64,000 nucleotides of DNA from Priapulus caudatus (GCF_000485595.1 NW_014577083.1:212932-276931), one strand, 5' to 3'; numbered from the stretch's first letter, positions 41,388-54,283 are shown. The notes: generated from the sequence alone by a model not told the origin. Numbers and translations are program-made.

Positions 41388-44300
41388 GACGACTGCCTAC
41401 ACTCAGATGCAGAATCCATGTTTGGTATTTATTAGACGCGTGATTAGTGATATTTAAGTATCATTAGCATAATAATTATTTATTAATTAATAATTATAAG
41501 TATTATAACAAGGATTTATTATCCGTGTTAATGATCGCTTAATTATTTATTGCTATAGCTGTATCCCTGTACAGCTGTGTGATGCACGCTGCCTAGTTCG
41601 TTTGATCGGTTTTACTGCTACATTTTGTTGTAAACAGAAGTGCGTGCACACACTGATGCGTGGCGCACACACGAGCATGCGTTATGTAAATTTAATAATA
41701 TGTACATGCTGCCTGGCCTTGGCCTCAGTACTTCAGCGCGTATTGTGCATCTGCTGTGACGCTAACTACATTACCGATATCGACTGGATCACTGATCGTA
41801 GAGAAAACTCAAAACTTTACAATGAATCCACTCATATGCAATCTTTTTATCGCTCTCTCCAATGAAATAAATTACCTCATTCCAACTTTATGCATGTAAT
41901 AGCAGAAGCGAGTGAGAACAACCATAGACAGCCAATCAACAATGCATGTATTGACAATATTATTGGAAATGTGACATAAGATATAAATATCGATAGAAGC
42001 GTCACTCAATTTCCTTTTGTATATGCGTGTAGAACTAGCCGCGATTATAATAGACAATTAATCATTACCTACATTGTAAGTCTTTAGGTATGATTTATAC
42101 ATGTGAAATTACACGAAGCATTTCATTACACGATGCCAGCCATGTCGCATTTCAAAGAAGTGCATCGCTAATTGTCATAGAATTAACAGATAGATACACG
42201 ACCTTATCAAGTTCGGTAACTTTTTATAGCAATCATTATATTCATATATTCATATATCCTATATATCATGATATATTCTACAAATTAATAGAAATAGCCT
42301 TACTTACCTCGCATGTGGGGCGATTTCGTGCACTAGTTACAATCTGTTGATGGACATATCACACTAGACTTCTGACACTATCGATATCTAGACTGAAGTA
42401 GATTAAACCGATCAAGGTATATCTGAGTTTCTGCGGCATCGGGAGCTCACGGTGATGTACCGCATGATGGTGACAAGGCACGTGCGGAATGTATACTGCT
42501 AGGCCATTTTGAAGGTAAATGCAATTATACTCTCTCCGCGTGTCCTAACCTCTCCCACTGTCTCCACTAAATAGTCATAAACTGTGTCGTTATACGTTCA
42601 CAAATTCGTCCGCACTTGTTATTGCACTCGCTAACAAACAGTTCCTGTCATTTTAGTTGGCATATCGCATGCGGTTCGATTCCCGCGTAGATATATAGGC
42701 CTATATGACGTGGGTAGTTATAGCGTAGGTGAGTATATGGCGTGGGTGGGTTCCCTTAGGTATTGGCCACGTCCGATCGGCTCATGGGGAAAGCGTTGCA
42801 TACATGACAGCGTTTGACGACCCGACAGACAGAGGTGCTCAGTCAGCGAAACCCGCTACACACTGCCACGCCTCCAAATCTACAAGTTTATATCTAGATC
42901 CGTCATGAAGAAGATCAATTCCCCGTGAAATGTTACCGGAACTCCATTCGTGCTGCGGCATTGCCTCGCACCAGCGAACCTATCGGGCACGGCGCAAGCA
43001 ACACGAGAACGCGTCATGGCGAACAAAGCGGGCTCAAGGGTGACATTACTGTCTGCAGCGATGTCAATTCGTAGAATCGACGCACATTACGATAATAGCC
43101 TACCTAATAGTTTCGCCTCATTTAAACTACACGCAATGGCAAGCATCCCCACGCGTGTGTAGTTGATTATCTATGTGCGACACCAACGCATGGGATTAGC
43201 ATCGTAAATCATTGTATTCACAATTAAATGTCAATGTACATTGCTTTTAGTGTATGTGCATGTGTGTGCGTGCGCGCGTGGGTGTGTGTTAGCGCCCTTT
43301 TGTGTGCGTGCGTGCATGGGTGCGTGCGTGCGTATGGTGTGCTAAAATTCACGAAGATTTCAGCAAGGCTGTGTAGAAAACTATTACGATTTTACTCAAT
43401 GTGACAAATTGTAGCTATACGCGTCCCTAGGCGTGGTAATCTGCCCGGATCTTTTAGTCACAAGCATGCCGCGTACATGTTTTGCACATATTACGTGTCA
43501 TGTTAATATTGGTGTGATAATTACATTGATAATATAGCCGCGCACGGTTTTACAGTTTCAACTCGCACACGAGCATAAGCACCGAGTGTAGAAACGGAAT
43601 AATTCATTCAGACAAGTGGTTAAATTCGATAGTTTCCTTAAACATGATTCATGCAGTTAGCTTCAACACAGAACAACACGCCGCACGATGAATGCCTATA
43701 TACATCAGGCAGGAGGACGCGGCGGGAGTGTATGCATAACCGTAGGCTGAGCAGATTCCTAAGGGGGGAGTAAAATGTCATGGCTCAACTGTGTAATGAT
43801 GAGCGACGGGCGCAGTTCTTGATCGACGTCTATAGTGTGGTATAGTAGGGGTGGGTCTGAGAGAAGGCCTTCACGGATAAGCGACGAGAAAAATCACGTT
43901 AGGGTTATTTACGATTATTAGTTAAGCTTGTTTTTTAATTTTGCTCCAAAATCTAGGGGCAGCTGCCCCCTTGCGTCTCCCCCACAGGCTACGGCCCTGA
44001 TGTGAGCTCCAGCATCTAGCAACCCGGTGTCTATACCCGCAAAATGTCTAACCCTTTTGAAATGCACGCTACACGGGCTTGCGACGTCACGCACATCAGC
44101 CGTGCGGTAAACTGGCGCATGCGCAAAAGTTGTGCAGATATGGCTTCAGCATGAGAAGAATTCCCAAACTTCGTAAAAAGCGTGGCAGCACGAGGAAAAA
44201 AGAGGCATCCGATAAATGTAATGAGAAACGCGCTGTCCGCCTTACCTCTCATGGGTCGAACCTTGGTTGATGGCCGCAGCTAACTAATATCATTGATGCA

Positions 44301-44723
44301 TATCCTGCGCTTGCTCTGGCTTTCTCCCGTGCATCTCCGTGCTTTCGCAATGACGCAAGGTTAATGTATTAGTGAAATCTCCGGCCTGGGCATAGGCTTC
44401 AATTACGTGTTCTAAGTAGCACAGATGCATGCAAGAATTCTCAAGCCTTCACTATAGTATTTATACAACATTGTGGTTTTTATGCAAACCCGTTCATTAC
44501 AATACACTTTGCTGCTTGATTATAAAACGAGACTCGCTAAGAGATTTTCGGGAGTTATAGCGCATAACAAATAATAATGTATATTGCTTGCCTATTCTAT
44601 TGAATATTGAAATATGCTATATTAAATATTGAATATTGAATATAATATGAATATTGAATCGCTATATTGAAAACATGCAAGATTGGAGCTCAGCAGCCGC
44701 TGCTTCGCTTCTACATACCGTAG

Positions 44724-44929
44724 GTGCGTGTGTGTGATTGTGTTGTGTGTGTGTTGTGCGTGTGTGTGTGCGTGATGTGTGTGGTGTGTGTGTGTGTGTG
44801 TGCTGCGTGCGTTCGTGCGTGCGCGCGTGTATGTGTGTGTGTGTGTGTTGTTGTGTGTGTGTGTGCGCGCGTGCGTGCGTGCGTGCGTGCGTGCGCGCGC
44901 GCTCGCGCGTGTTTGTGTAGGTGTGTGTG

Positions 44930-44961
<32 letters not shown>

Positions 44962-45145
44962 TGTGCGTGTGCGTGTGTGTGTGCGTGTGTGTGTGTGTGT
45001 GTGCGTGCGCCCGATTGTGGTGTGTACGTGTGAGCCCGCGTGCGCATGCGTGTACATGCGTGCGTGTGTGCGTGTAGGCCCGCACGCGTATGCATGTGTG
45101 TACATGCATGCGTGCGTATGTCTGAGCGCGCGTGCATGCCTGTGT
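44724..45145. repeat. Compound (TG)/(TGCG) microsatellite
   Basis: Read directly. Confidence 0.95.
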
Positions 45146-46598
45146 AAATTTTATGGGCCCCATTGCCGAGTGTATGCGCAGCCAATGTGTCGTATAAATG
45201 CTCACAGTGGCGAAGGCTGACATAAAAGCGATGCTTGTGCGACCTCGTGCGTTACCGCTTGCCGTTTGTTTACTTTCTGCAGTTTGTTTACTCATGGTTT
45301 CTGAATGATAAACATCGGCGACTTTCATCTGTTTTTTTTTGCGATGCGCACGTGTTGAGCAAGCGTTAAATAATTTATATTTCATATAGCGTGAACGAGA
45401 GGACAACATTCCTCCGTCAATAAAAACTGGAGATGCATATAGCACACCAACCCGACAATAAACGCGTCAATCACATCAACATAAACACGCAGCGCATTTT
45501 TATGTGGGATAAATGCTACTTTATGACAAAAATTAAATAATTGATAAAAACAATGGAGCTGTGCTGAAAAATGGTTTAATTACACCGATTCTATCACATG
45601 TCACTAACTCGAAAAACGTAGTTTGAACAACTAATTAGTTGGTGACAGCTAACAGTCAATAGCTGAATAAAATATAAGCAAATATTCATCTTGCGTAATG
45701 TATACTCTGTATATATACTATTCAGTAAGTATAGCAGTAGTTATCGATGTAACATATAACTAGAGTGAGAAGTGAAATACAAACTGTTTGGAAGCATTCT
45801 AATGGCAATACGTATTTATATAAAAATTATGTATTATTATTAAATATTAACCAAAATCATAGCGAGCAGCGTTCTATGGAATCCAAAAAGATTTAAACTT
45901 ATATTCTATCCAAATTGGCCCGTTTTTATTTTGTCAGCACGCTATGCTGCCTACGAATATAGGCTATGGATGAATTATAGATGTACATATTCTGCTCAAT
46001 TTAACCTAATAGCACAGTGATTAACAACTAGTATACACACATTAATGTAGCCGTAACTAAACTGTACCAGTGATATTATAGAAAGGTTTGCGAGGATGTA
46101 TTTGACTAAAAACGACGAGTATATTTCTAGACACACAACACCGGTAATTATATCACAGACTTTATTTATTTTACGTCCCCGTGATTATGGACCAATTAAA
46201 TTTACACGCTGTACAGAGTAACCGACACGCATTAAATCGGGATGATACAGTCTTATGTCCTAAAGCTGACTGTCTAAATCTATGTGTCAAGTCAGACTCA
46301 ATCCACGAGTGTCGAAAAGACGGATGCTAGGTACCGATGTCACTACGTTGCGATTGTTCTGGTCACATGTGCACAGAATCTATCGTCAATGCGATGATAC
46401 TGATAATGTGTCGTTGTGTTTAGCGAGAATGAAGGACACACACCGGGTCTCAGTTGAACACATTGGACACACGCGTTACACGCACGTAATACTCACGAAA
46501 TCTCACATATATTTTTTCGGAGACGGTTCCCGTGGATAACGCACGCAACACGCACGTGATAACCTCGTGATTCTCGCGTGATGACCATCGCGTGACTG

Positions 46599-48457
46599 TC
46601 ACAACACTCTGCAAGGTTCGCAGCCGCAGCGGACAATGTAGCGATAGGAGGCGAACACCTCGGCCACGTCTCCCACGCACACCATTCTGACGGCCTTCAT
46701 GACCGATAGTCTGTCCTTGCACGACGAGCACGTGTAAGCGAACGGATCGAGCAGGATGGGTTTGAAGGTGATCAGCGGGCTGGCGGAAGTCTTCTTGCAG
46801 TGCCCCTCGCATCTTGTCATCAGGATGTGCTGGTGATAGAAACACGGAAGCGTTGTGAGTGAGCGAGCCGGGTGAGGGGGAGGGGGGCTTTTAGTAAGTA
46901 ATAATCCTCTCGATATATTATAATACTGCCGCTTTTATATTCATGTCTTGTAACATGCATTTAGTCGAACAGATGCGTGCGTTCGCCTGGGTTTGTGTGC
47001 GTGCGTACTCCCCAAATATATATATATATATATATTGATATTATATGTAGCGCTTAGGCTCTCGTTACCGCCTGCCTCAGTAATTACTCGAAGTGATTTT
47101 TATTCGTCAACCGTTTATTACTTCGTTCCATAGATTACTGTAATTTACAAACGATTCTATATTCAATACATCAGAATATACATGAATATACTCATATACA
47201 ATATGCATGCTACCTAACATAATTCAAGATCAGCTAAAGCACCACAATGTGAAGTTAAGTAACGAATTTGTATAACATTTCTTTAACATAAATAAAGATT
47301 TTTGATTTTAAGTATTGTAATATAAGTATGTACCATGTTTTATGGCTACGCTAACTTTACATGGCGGCAGAGTACACTAACTAAAACATATTCGCAACTG
47401 TGGCATGCTGCTTTCATTCTCAACCTGACGCGTAAGCAAGGCCACTTGGCATATCTGTTCGAAGCTCTACCAGTCATGTGATTACATGCGTGATTAACCA
47501 CAGCAAGAGTGAGTCGCCCTCTATAATCATACACTTAGCTAACCTAAAATTTAGCCTTTACATTATGTAAGGTATCATATATTTTATAGATTAAGCTTTC
47601 GAGACAGCATGTCACCCAGTAGAACAGAATGAAAACACAGCTGAATGGTGATAGGAGAACACAAAAACTGCGCTTTCCCATGTCGACTAATAGAAAAAAA
47701 ACAAGCCATTTACAATAAAAACGTAATGTAAAAGTAATGTGATCGCATTTAAAAATATATTTATACAAATATAATTATGTAAATACAAATAAAAATACAA
47801 AATGTGTAATCTCTCTCTCTCTCTCTTTGCGTCTGTGCTCTGACTCGGGGAGTTCCTAGGTGCTCCGGTATCAGGGTTCAGGACGGTGCATCTCAGCCTT
47901 GTCGTCTTGTGAGCCTCGTGGCACGTGTTCTGTCGGCGGTCACCTGATCACACGATTTGTCTCATTGTTGTACTGCTTTCGGTTGGCGCTCTGGGTCTCC
48001 TCTGTGCTAATATGCAGTCTGTCTTTATGTCTTCAGTGCAAGTACTATTCTCTCTCCTTCTGCATCTCTGCTTTGCTCCTCGCTCGTCTCTTCGATATTT
48101 GTCACCGACTGAATGCAGCCACTTCTGGGATTCTCCAGTCTCCCCCCCCTCCTCGCATCTTCCTCTGCTCTCTTCTCTCTCCTCTTCTCTCTCGTCATGC
48201 CACTACACTATAGTAAATGATGGAATTATATCAAAGTTGCGAGTTATAGTTCTGTTTCTATTCATTAAATTTATTTCTACAGTGTGTTTTGTTCTAGCAG
48301 TAATAAATGTACCTTGTTGGTGCAGTTCAGCGTCGGATGACTGATGGTCTCAACAAAGTAATGCTTTTGGCAGTGACCAGCCTCGACATTTGCGGACTGC
48401 AGTATTCCGCATATCAGAAGAAACACCGCCAACCATAAAGGCGCCGATCGTAGTTGT
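46599..48457 (-). CDS. NDP: Norrin (Norrie disease protein) homologue, secreted cystine-knot growth factor
   Basis: Exon ~48457-48313 reads QLRSAPLWLAVFLLICGILQSANVEAGHCQKHYFVETISHPTLNCTNK|gtacat. Exon 46829-46599 reads HILMTRCEGHCKKTSASPLITFKPILLDPFAYTCSSCKDRLSVMKAVRMVCVGDVAEVFASYRYIVRCGCEPCRVL*. This aligns nearly colinearly with human Norrin as recalled ([31 protein letters not shown]...ATYRYILSCHCEEC), with the same phase-0 intron after K58. The 5' boundary of the first exon is uncertain. Confidence 0.92.
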
Positions 48458-49026
48458 CTGCAGTAGTATCCGCCATTGGTAATCTAAGTGTCAATTAACA
48501 CGAGCGCAGTACGCGAGTTACTTTAGTAAAGCAATAAAAGACCTCGATGTTGTGTTTCTATGTTATATATCTACCGCGTTGCATTTTCGCTCTAATTTCA
48601 TCGGTAACGATTGACAGAAGTTGACGATTGAAGACAGTCGACGGATAGTTGACAGCTTCTGCATCAATTTTAATTAATAATATAATTATTATTAATAGTA
48701 AATTAACATTTAATTGTTATTATAGCTACATTAGAATACAAAATAGTTCATCACTACAGACCTAATTCCCAAAGGGAAGATTTCTATAATTCTATAATAA
48801 ATATCAAGGGTTTAATCATTACACCTACCGAATATGATGCGTAGCAATTACAATGTTATATGCCCAGCCAACAGTAGTTCGTCAGCTTCACGTGACCAAT
48901 CTATAATTTTTCACACGACCACGGTTCTTGTACGACGGACTTCTTGTTCGCCGTGACGCACTCAGATCATGTCACCCGTCACTGAGTAAGTAGTGCATGT
49001 GTGTGTAGTCGTCGCACACATCTCAC

Positions 49027-49040
49027 ATCGCATCTTCCAT
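49027..49040 (-). CDS. NDP: Candidate first coding exon of Norrin (MEDA-I)
   Basis: ATG GAA GAT GCG AT|gtgaga (phase 2) joins in frame to the acceptor ctgcag|A at 48457. This gives a 129-aa precursor with a plausible signal peptide. The downstream exon has no in-frame ATG of its own. Confidence 0.4.
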
Positions 49041-50820
49041 CGCTCCCTTCTGCCAATCGTCTTCTTATACAACTGTTCCGCACTCAGTTCCCCAAGTTTT
49101 CCTGAACCTTCCTCTGCCTCCAATACGGCAAGGTCAATCACTAAAATTCAAGTATCGGCAGTATCAACTCCGTCGGGCCGTGAGGGGCGGGTGGTATGGG
49201 CGCGTGTCCTGTGGTCGCGTCCACGCACGCATGTAAGAGGGAGCGCGCGCGGCTGGGTCGGTCGTCGCAACGTGCGGCGCGCATACATACAGGGCTTCTT
49301 GCTTCGTCCATCGTTCTCCACACACGAGGCGTGCTTCCCCGTTCTCCCCGCCTTGATTTCACACCAGGCTGTATCTCCCACCCAGCTGTAGCCAGCACTG
49401 ACGCTCCTATCGGGACATCTGGACGCGAGTCAGTGCGCGATCCCCACTCCGCCGTGGGTTTTCTTCCGCCCATGCCAGACGAAGCAACCACGGCAAAGCT
49501 GTGTCGGGGCGTCTCCTAGAGACACGCAGCCGCACTCGCTACATACCTTCGTTCAGCCCCGGTGGTATCGTAAAGTTGATTAAACCCGGCCACATTCCCG
49601 ATTGAAAGCGGGTCGTTATAGCTTGCGCTGCTGAGTACGAACGAGCTTTTGGATGAACCAAAACCAATAAAGCACAAAGTTACGAAATTGTCTGGCAGGC
49701 TGCCTTACGACTATATTTGCATGAATGCAAAAATGCGTATACTGATCAAAGCCGATATTGGGAAACCACTAGCCACGCGATCATCAAGTTTATATATTTA
49801 TGCCTATATCTACATCTATATTTATATCTATATAGGATATATTCATATCTATAACCATGTTTGTCTATAATATTTATATCTATATCTATTGCTATATCGA
49901 TAGCTATAGCTATATCTATATTTTTATTTTTCACATCACATTACTAGAGGGTCTATGTTCCCTCATTTTAATCCATACTTTTAACAAAATATTTTTCTTG
50001 ACACATACGCACGGGGCATACGCAAACAGCCTTAAATGTATGCTAAATTATAAAAAAAAACGAACAAACAGGAATTCGCGTAAAACTTCACTCGCAACAA
50101 AGCATCCTAAACGTTATGGGGAAATATCAAACATGGGAATCTTCTATCTTCGCATGAGTTATGAGTGATTGCCGACCGTGACACATGAATGGACTTCAGT
50201 TCGTCCCCCTATGAGGATAACTAGCAAGCGCAGTCACTGAGCAATCACTTGTGATAGACCGACCATGTACTAAACAGAGGCCGCAGTGTTTGTCGACCGT
50301 GGATTCGCATTCCTTGCTCGTTAGATGAAGCCATTCTACAAGCACGCTGCGACCACACGCGCTTATGCCGCCCTATACGCTACGGCTTGTCGACACAGCA
50401 GACGTAGACAAAGGACGCGGAACGTAATGCGACAGTTTATGTTATGCTATATGTGGTGATCGAGACGCGTAGTTAATACATAAAATTTATTAGTCCCCCT
50501 GGGTTCGGTCGCGTTGTTGCCTAATTACGTATCTAACTGAATCTATCGATTCACGTTCTGAGCGCATTTCAGATGTTTGTTGAATGTTATCTGACTAAGT
50601 GCCTATATCGATTACACCACTTTCTGGTGACCAATTGTCGGTTGGGGCTGTTGGGTCGGATGGGTCCGTTGTAACAAATTGTCGTATTTTAGATATAAAT
50701 AGTTTGAATGTAATTGAACTTGCTATCTGATTGCATGCATGGTATCAGTTGTGTATAAAAAAAAGTCTACAAAATAACAGTAACATTTACGAAATAACCA
50801 ATACGTATGCTGCACAACAT

Positions 50821-51112
50821 ATGTGTGTGTGTGTATGTGTGTGCGTGTGTGTGTGTGTGTGTGTGCGTGTGTGTGTGTGTGCGTGAGTGTGGTGAATGCA
50901 TGTGTGTGTGTGTGTATGTGGTGTGGTGTGTGTGTTGTGTGGTGTGTGTGTTGTGTGTGTGTAGGTGCGTGAGTATGGTGAGTGTGTGCGTGTGTGTGCG
51001 CGCGCGTATGCGTGTGTGCGTGAGTGTGGGTGAGGTGTGGTTGACGCGCGACGGTGTGTGGTGTGTGTGCGTGTGTGTGTGGTGTGTGAGTGTGGTGCGT
51101 GCGTTGTGCTGT
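50821..51112. repeat. Degenerate (TG)n microsatellite
   Basis: Read directly. Confidence 0.95.
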
Positions 51113-51599
51113 GAGTTTATCGTAGTCTACAGACGTCTAGAGTATTCATTTAACCAGTTTTGCAAAAGTGATTATATTAGTTTTATCCATAACTTCTCCT
51201 TACATAACACATTAGTACTATAATTGAGATATTATCTACTAGCGTATATACGTAGCTGATATATTGGGTCAGGAGTGTCATCTAGAACTTTTCTAATTAG
51301 AGTGCTATTATACGGTCCGATTTACTAAATAAAACATATATCCCCCTAACGCCCTCATATAATCATAACACCTCACCTCATCGCTGAAATAACCGGGGTA
51401 CGTGCATAAGCCAAATGGTACTAAGAAGGCCTAAGAGCAGCTTCGGAAGCGCAGACCTCGCGCCAGGCGCAGCTTCAATTCTCCCACACACCACGTCCCG
51501 CCATTGCAGCAATTTAAATTTGTTAACCCGCCTAACACAGCAATAATTCTTGGCAATGAAAAATTCAAAATTCAATTAATTAATTAATTATAAAATCTA

Positions 51600-52505
51600 A
51601 TATGGATCCGGAAATCACCACGCCAACATTGTAATAACTGTCTAGAATTTGAGCACCACTTCCTGCACCTATCCGCTTGAAAGGTTTTATTTAATTAAGT
51701 TGGATCCGATCACCACCCACAAATTTAATCATGTGCTAAGTCTACCCGCATTTTCTGACCTATCCTGCAAGGTTTTACGGCTCTGGCCGCCGAGCTCTGT
51801 CGCGGTCACGGAGTTAAATTCTAACTAGATAACTCCCGATGGGACACAACCTTATAGCAAGCGCGGTGTCTGATGTTGCTCTTGAATTGGGTGGGTACTC
51901 GACTGTGTGTGGGGAGCGCGCCGGGGGGCGCTACTGTGTGACGATACTTGGTCTCAACTGGCCCGCCGGGAGGGTTCGATAGGCTACAACCAAGCGCGTG
52001 CTCGCCTTGGTATAGCCTGGTGCCCTTGTGCCGGCCGTATGCTCGATTGTAGGCGGGTATAACAGGGTCGTATAGTTTTGTCCTGTGCATGCATGGCACC
52101 CCCAGCGGGGGCGTTGATAACTTTCTGTGGTGTACCGAGTCTTGGTTCCTAATCTAAATCTGGACTGGATATTTTCAATTTTCTCATCAGTTCAATTCAC
52201 AGTTTTCCAATCATGGTTCACATCATTTTTTCACATGATACAAATTTCGAAAACAATCACAACCGAAGATCATTGGATATTACTGTGTACATCGCGGCGC
52301 TCAGCCATTTGTCGTCCGCTCAATCCGTATGAGCTGGTACGGCGCTAGCTGGCGTATGGCGTATGGCTCGCTAATAGATTAGGGAGAGGAAGACAATTTG
52401 CTTATTTAAAGCCAANNNNNNNNNNCACAAACCCACAAACCCACAAACGAGCAAACACACGCCGATGAAAACGTAACCTCCTGCCAACCCCTTGGCGGAG
52501 GTAAT
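51600..52505 (+). mobile_element. Probable Helentron-associated (HINE-like) element, interrupted; 5' limit uncertain
   Basis: The end structure is a CACAAACC microsatellite, then GAAAACGTAACCTCC-loop-GGCGGAGGTAAT stem-loop, resembling recalled non-autonomous rolling-circle element termini. Confidence 0.45.
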
Positions 52506-53500
52506 AAGCGCAAGTATTTTATAGCAACGAGAACATTACCAAAGATCTAACTATTGCTATAGGCCCTAATTTAGATGTATTGCTGGAATATATATTAAAT
52601 ATCAAGCATAAACTGAAAAAGTTATTGACATATAATTCACAAACGCTGTTTTGTGAAATCGATGACTAGAATTGAAGGCTGATTTAGATGCATCATATAT
52701 CGCATGAACCCAAGCAAGAAAAAAACCACTTCACAGTGTCTCAGTAACAGTGTGATAGAGTTGTGCCATATTATATGTGCCATGTTTGTATATTAGCTAC
52801 TCTTGCACTTCTCTTACTCCTACTTTCCCCTATGCGCTATGTTCATATGCACTAGGTCTTTCCCCCGGGATAACGAGTCAATCGGACACTCCGTCAGCCA
52901 TCATGCTAATGTTGAAATATAAAAAATACAACAAACATCGATTCATTTTCGTAATAAATAGCTCTCTCGATAATGTACCCACACCGGCAGTATTCGTATA
53001 AGTGTGTGGCCGGGACTGTGGCATGCAATATCTTTTTTCATCACTGGTGAAATGTTCTTGCGTGACCCATACTCTTAATACTTATCCTATTGCAGAATTC
53101 ATGTGGCTAGCAATTTACTGAATATCTTTTCTAAAACAACTGAACATGTCTACTTATATCATAATACTATAGTGCCGTTTAAGGGCAAACTCTATTTGAC
53201 ATCATTCAATTGGGCGTTATATTATATATAAGTCTATAGCGAGGCGATTCTCTGAAAGGTGCAACCGAAATAAGGTAACACAAGCGTTTCTAGAGTTTAC
53301 ATTCTTGCATTGAAGTAATACAAATTATAGTATTCGCCTGCTGATATATGGTGATTAACATATATCATGGTTTTTAATTCTCTTTGGATGGAATAATGAC
53401 TGCCTCGTTAATTGACGCGAGATAATATACTTACAAACGACATTTCTAGCAGGATTGTGATTGGTGATATCTCATTATCTATTGACCGCGTTGCACGCTA

Positions 53501-53622
53501 GTAATGTTGCGGACATGGCACAGGTAATGTCGCGGACATGGCACAGGTAATGTCGCGGACATGGCACAGGTAATGTCGCGGACATGGCACAGGTAATGTC
53601 GCGGACATGGCACAGGTAATGT
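53501..53622. repeat. 23-bp minisatellite (GTAATGTCGCGGACATGGCACAG) x5.3
   Basis: Near-perfect tandem copies with no spacers. Confidence 0.95.
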
Positions 53623-53949
53623 AGACACAGCGACACCACGTGGCGACGAATTCAGGGCCTTGTACCGTCAGAGCCAGCGACTAATTATGTTTGCTATGCA
53701 CGTTTGCGTTTTAAGTAGCTGCGTTCAAAACAACATAGTATACTGCATTACTTAACAGATACTACACTACTCAAAAATGCATCACTAGGATATGATAATG
53801 ATATTATGGTTTTGGTCGTGCGTATTTTTCGGCGATCGGATAGAATGTTACAACATTATTCGACAAGGTACATCAAATTTGCAACATAAAACGTTTTCCT
53901 TTTGTTTATAGGTGGCAGTGGCGTCGCCTACTACTGTCTGCAGAGTGCT

Positions 53950-54170
53950 GTGTGTGCATGTGTGTGCGCGCGCGCGCGTGTGTGCGTGCGTGCGTGCGTG
54001 CGCGCGTGCGCGCGTGCGCGCGTGCGTGTGTGTGTGTGTGGGCGCGCGCGCGTGTGTGCGCGCGTGTGTGTGTGTATGCGCGCGCGCGGGTGCGTGTGTT
54101 CAGATGTGTGAGAGCGTAAGTGTACGTGCGTTCGTTCGTGCCTGCCTGCATGCGTGTATGTGCGTGTGGT
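53950..54170. repeat. (TG)/(CG)/(TGCG) microsatellite
   Basis: Read directly. Confidence 0.9.
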
Positions 54171-54283
54171 CGTCACGCAGGTATATGATCACGCTCCTAT
54201 CAAGTCTCGTGCCACGCTCCTAGTCTACAACCGTGTGAAGCAGTGGCAGTAGCAATATCAGTAGCATTAGCAGCATTTAGTAT

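Noticed and set aside
45231..45308. Signal-peptide-like MLVRPRALPLAVCLLSAVCLLMVSE after CCAAT/TATA-like words (similar case near 31210)
   Set aside because: It stops after 25 codons with no convincing donor or downstream exon.
44622..45445. Long His/Thr- or Cys/Val-rich ORFs (also 31812-32217, 50807-51223, 53902-54223, 58189-58792)
   Set aside because: They are translations of CA/TG microsatellites.
53501..53622. 23-bp repeats, and the 46-bp repeats at 63378-63557, as CRISPR arrays
   Set aside because: The units are directly adjacent with no unique spacers, the context is eukaryotic, and there are no cas genes.
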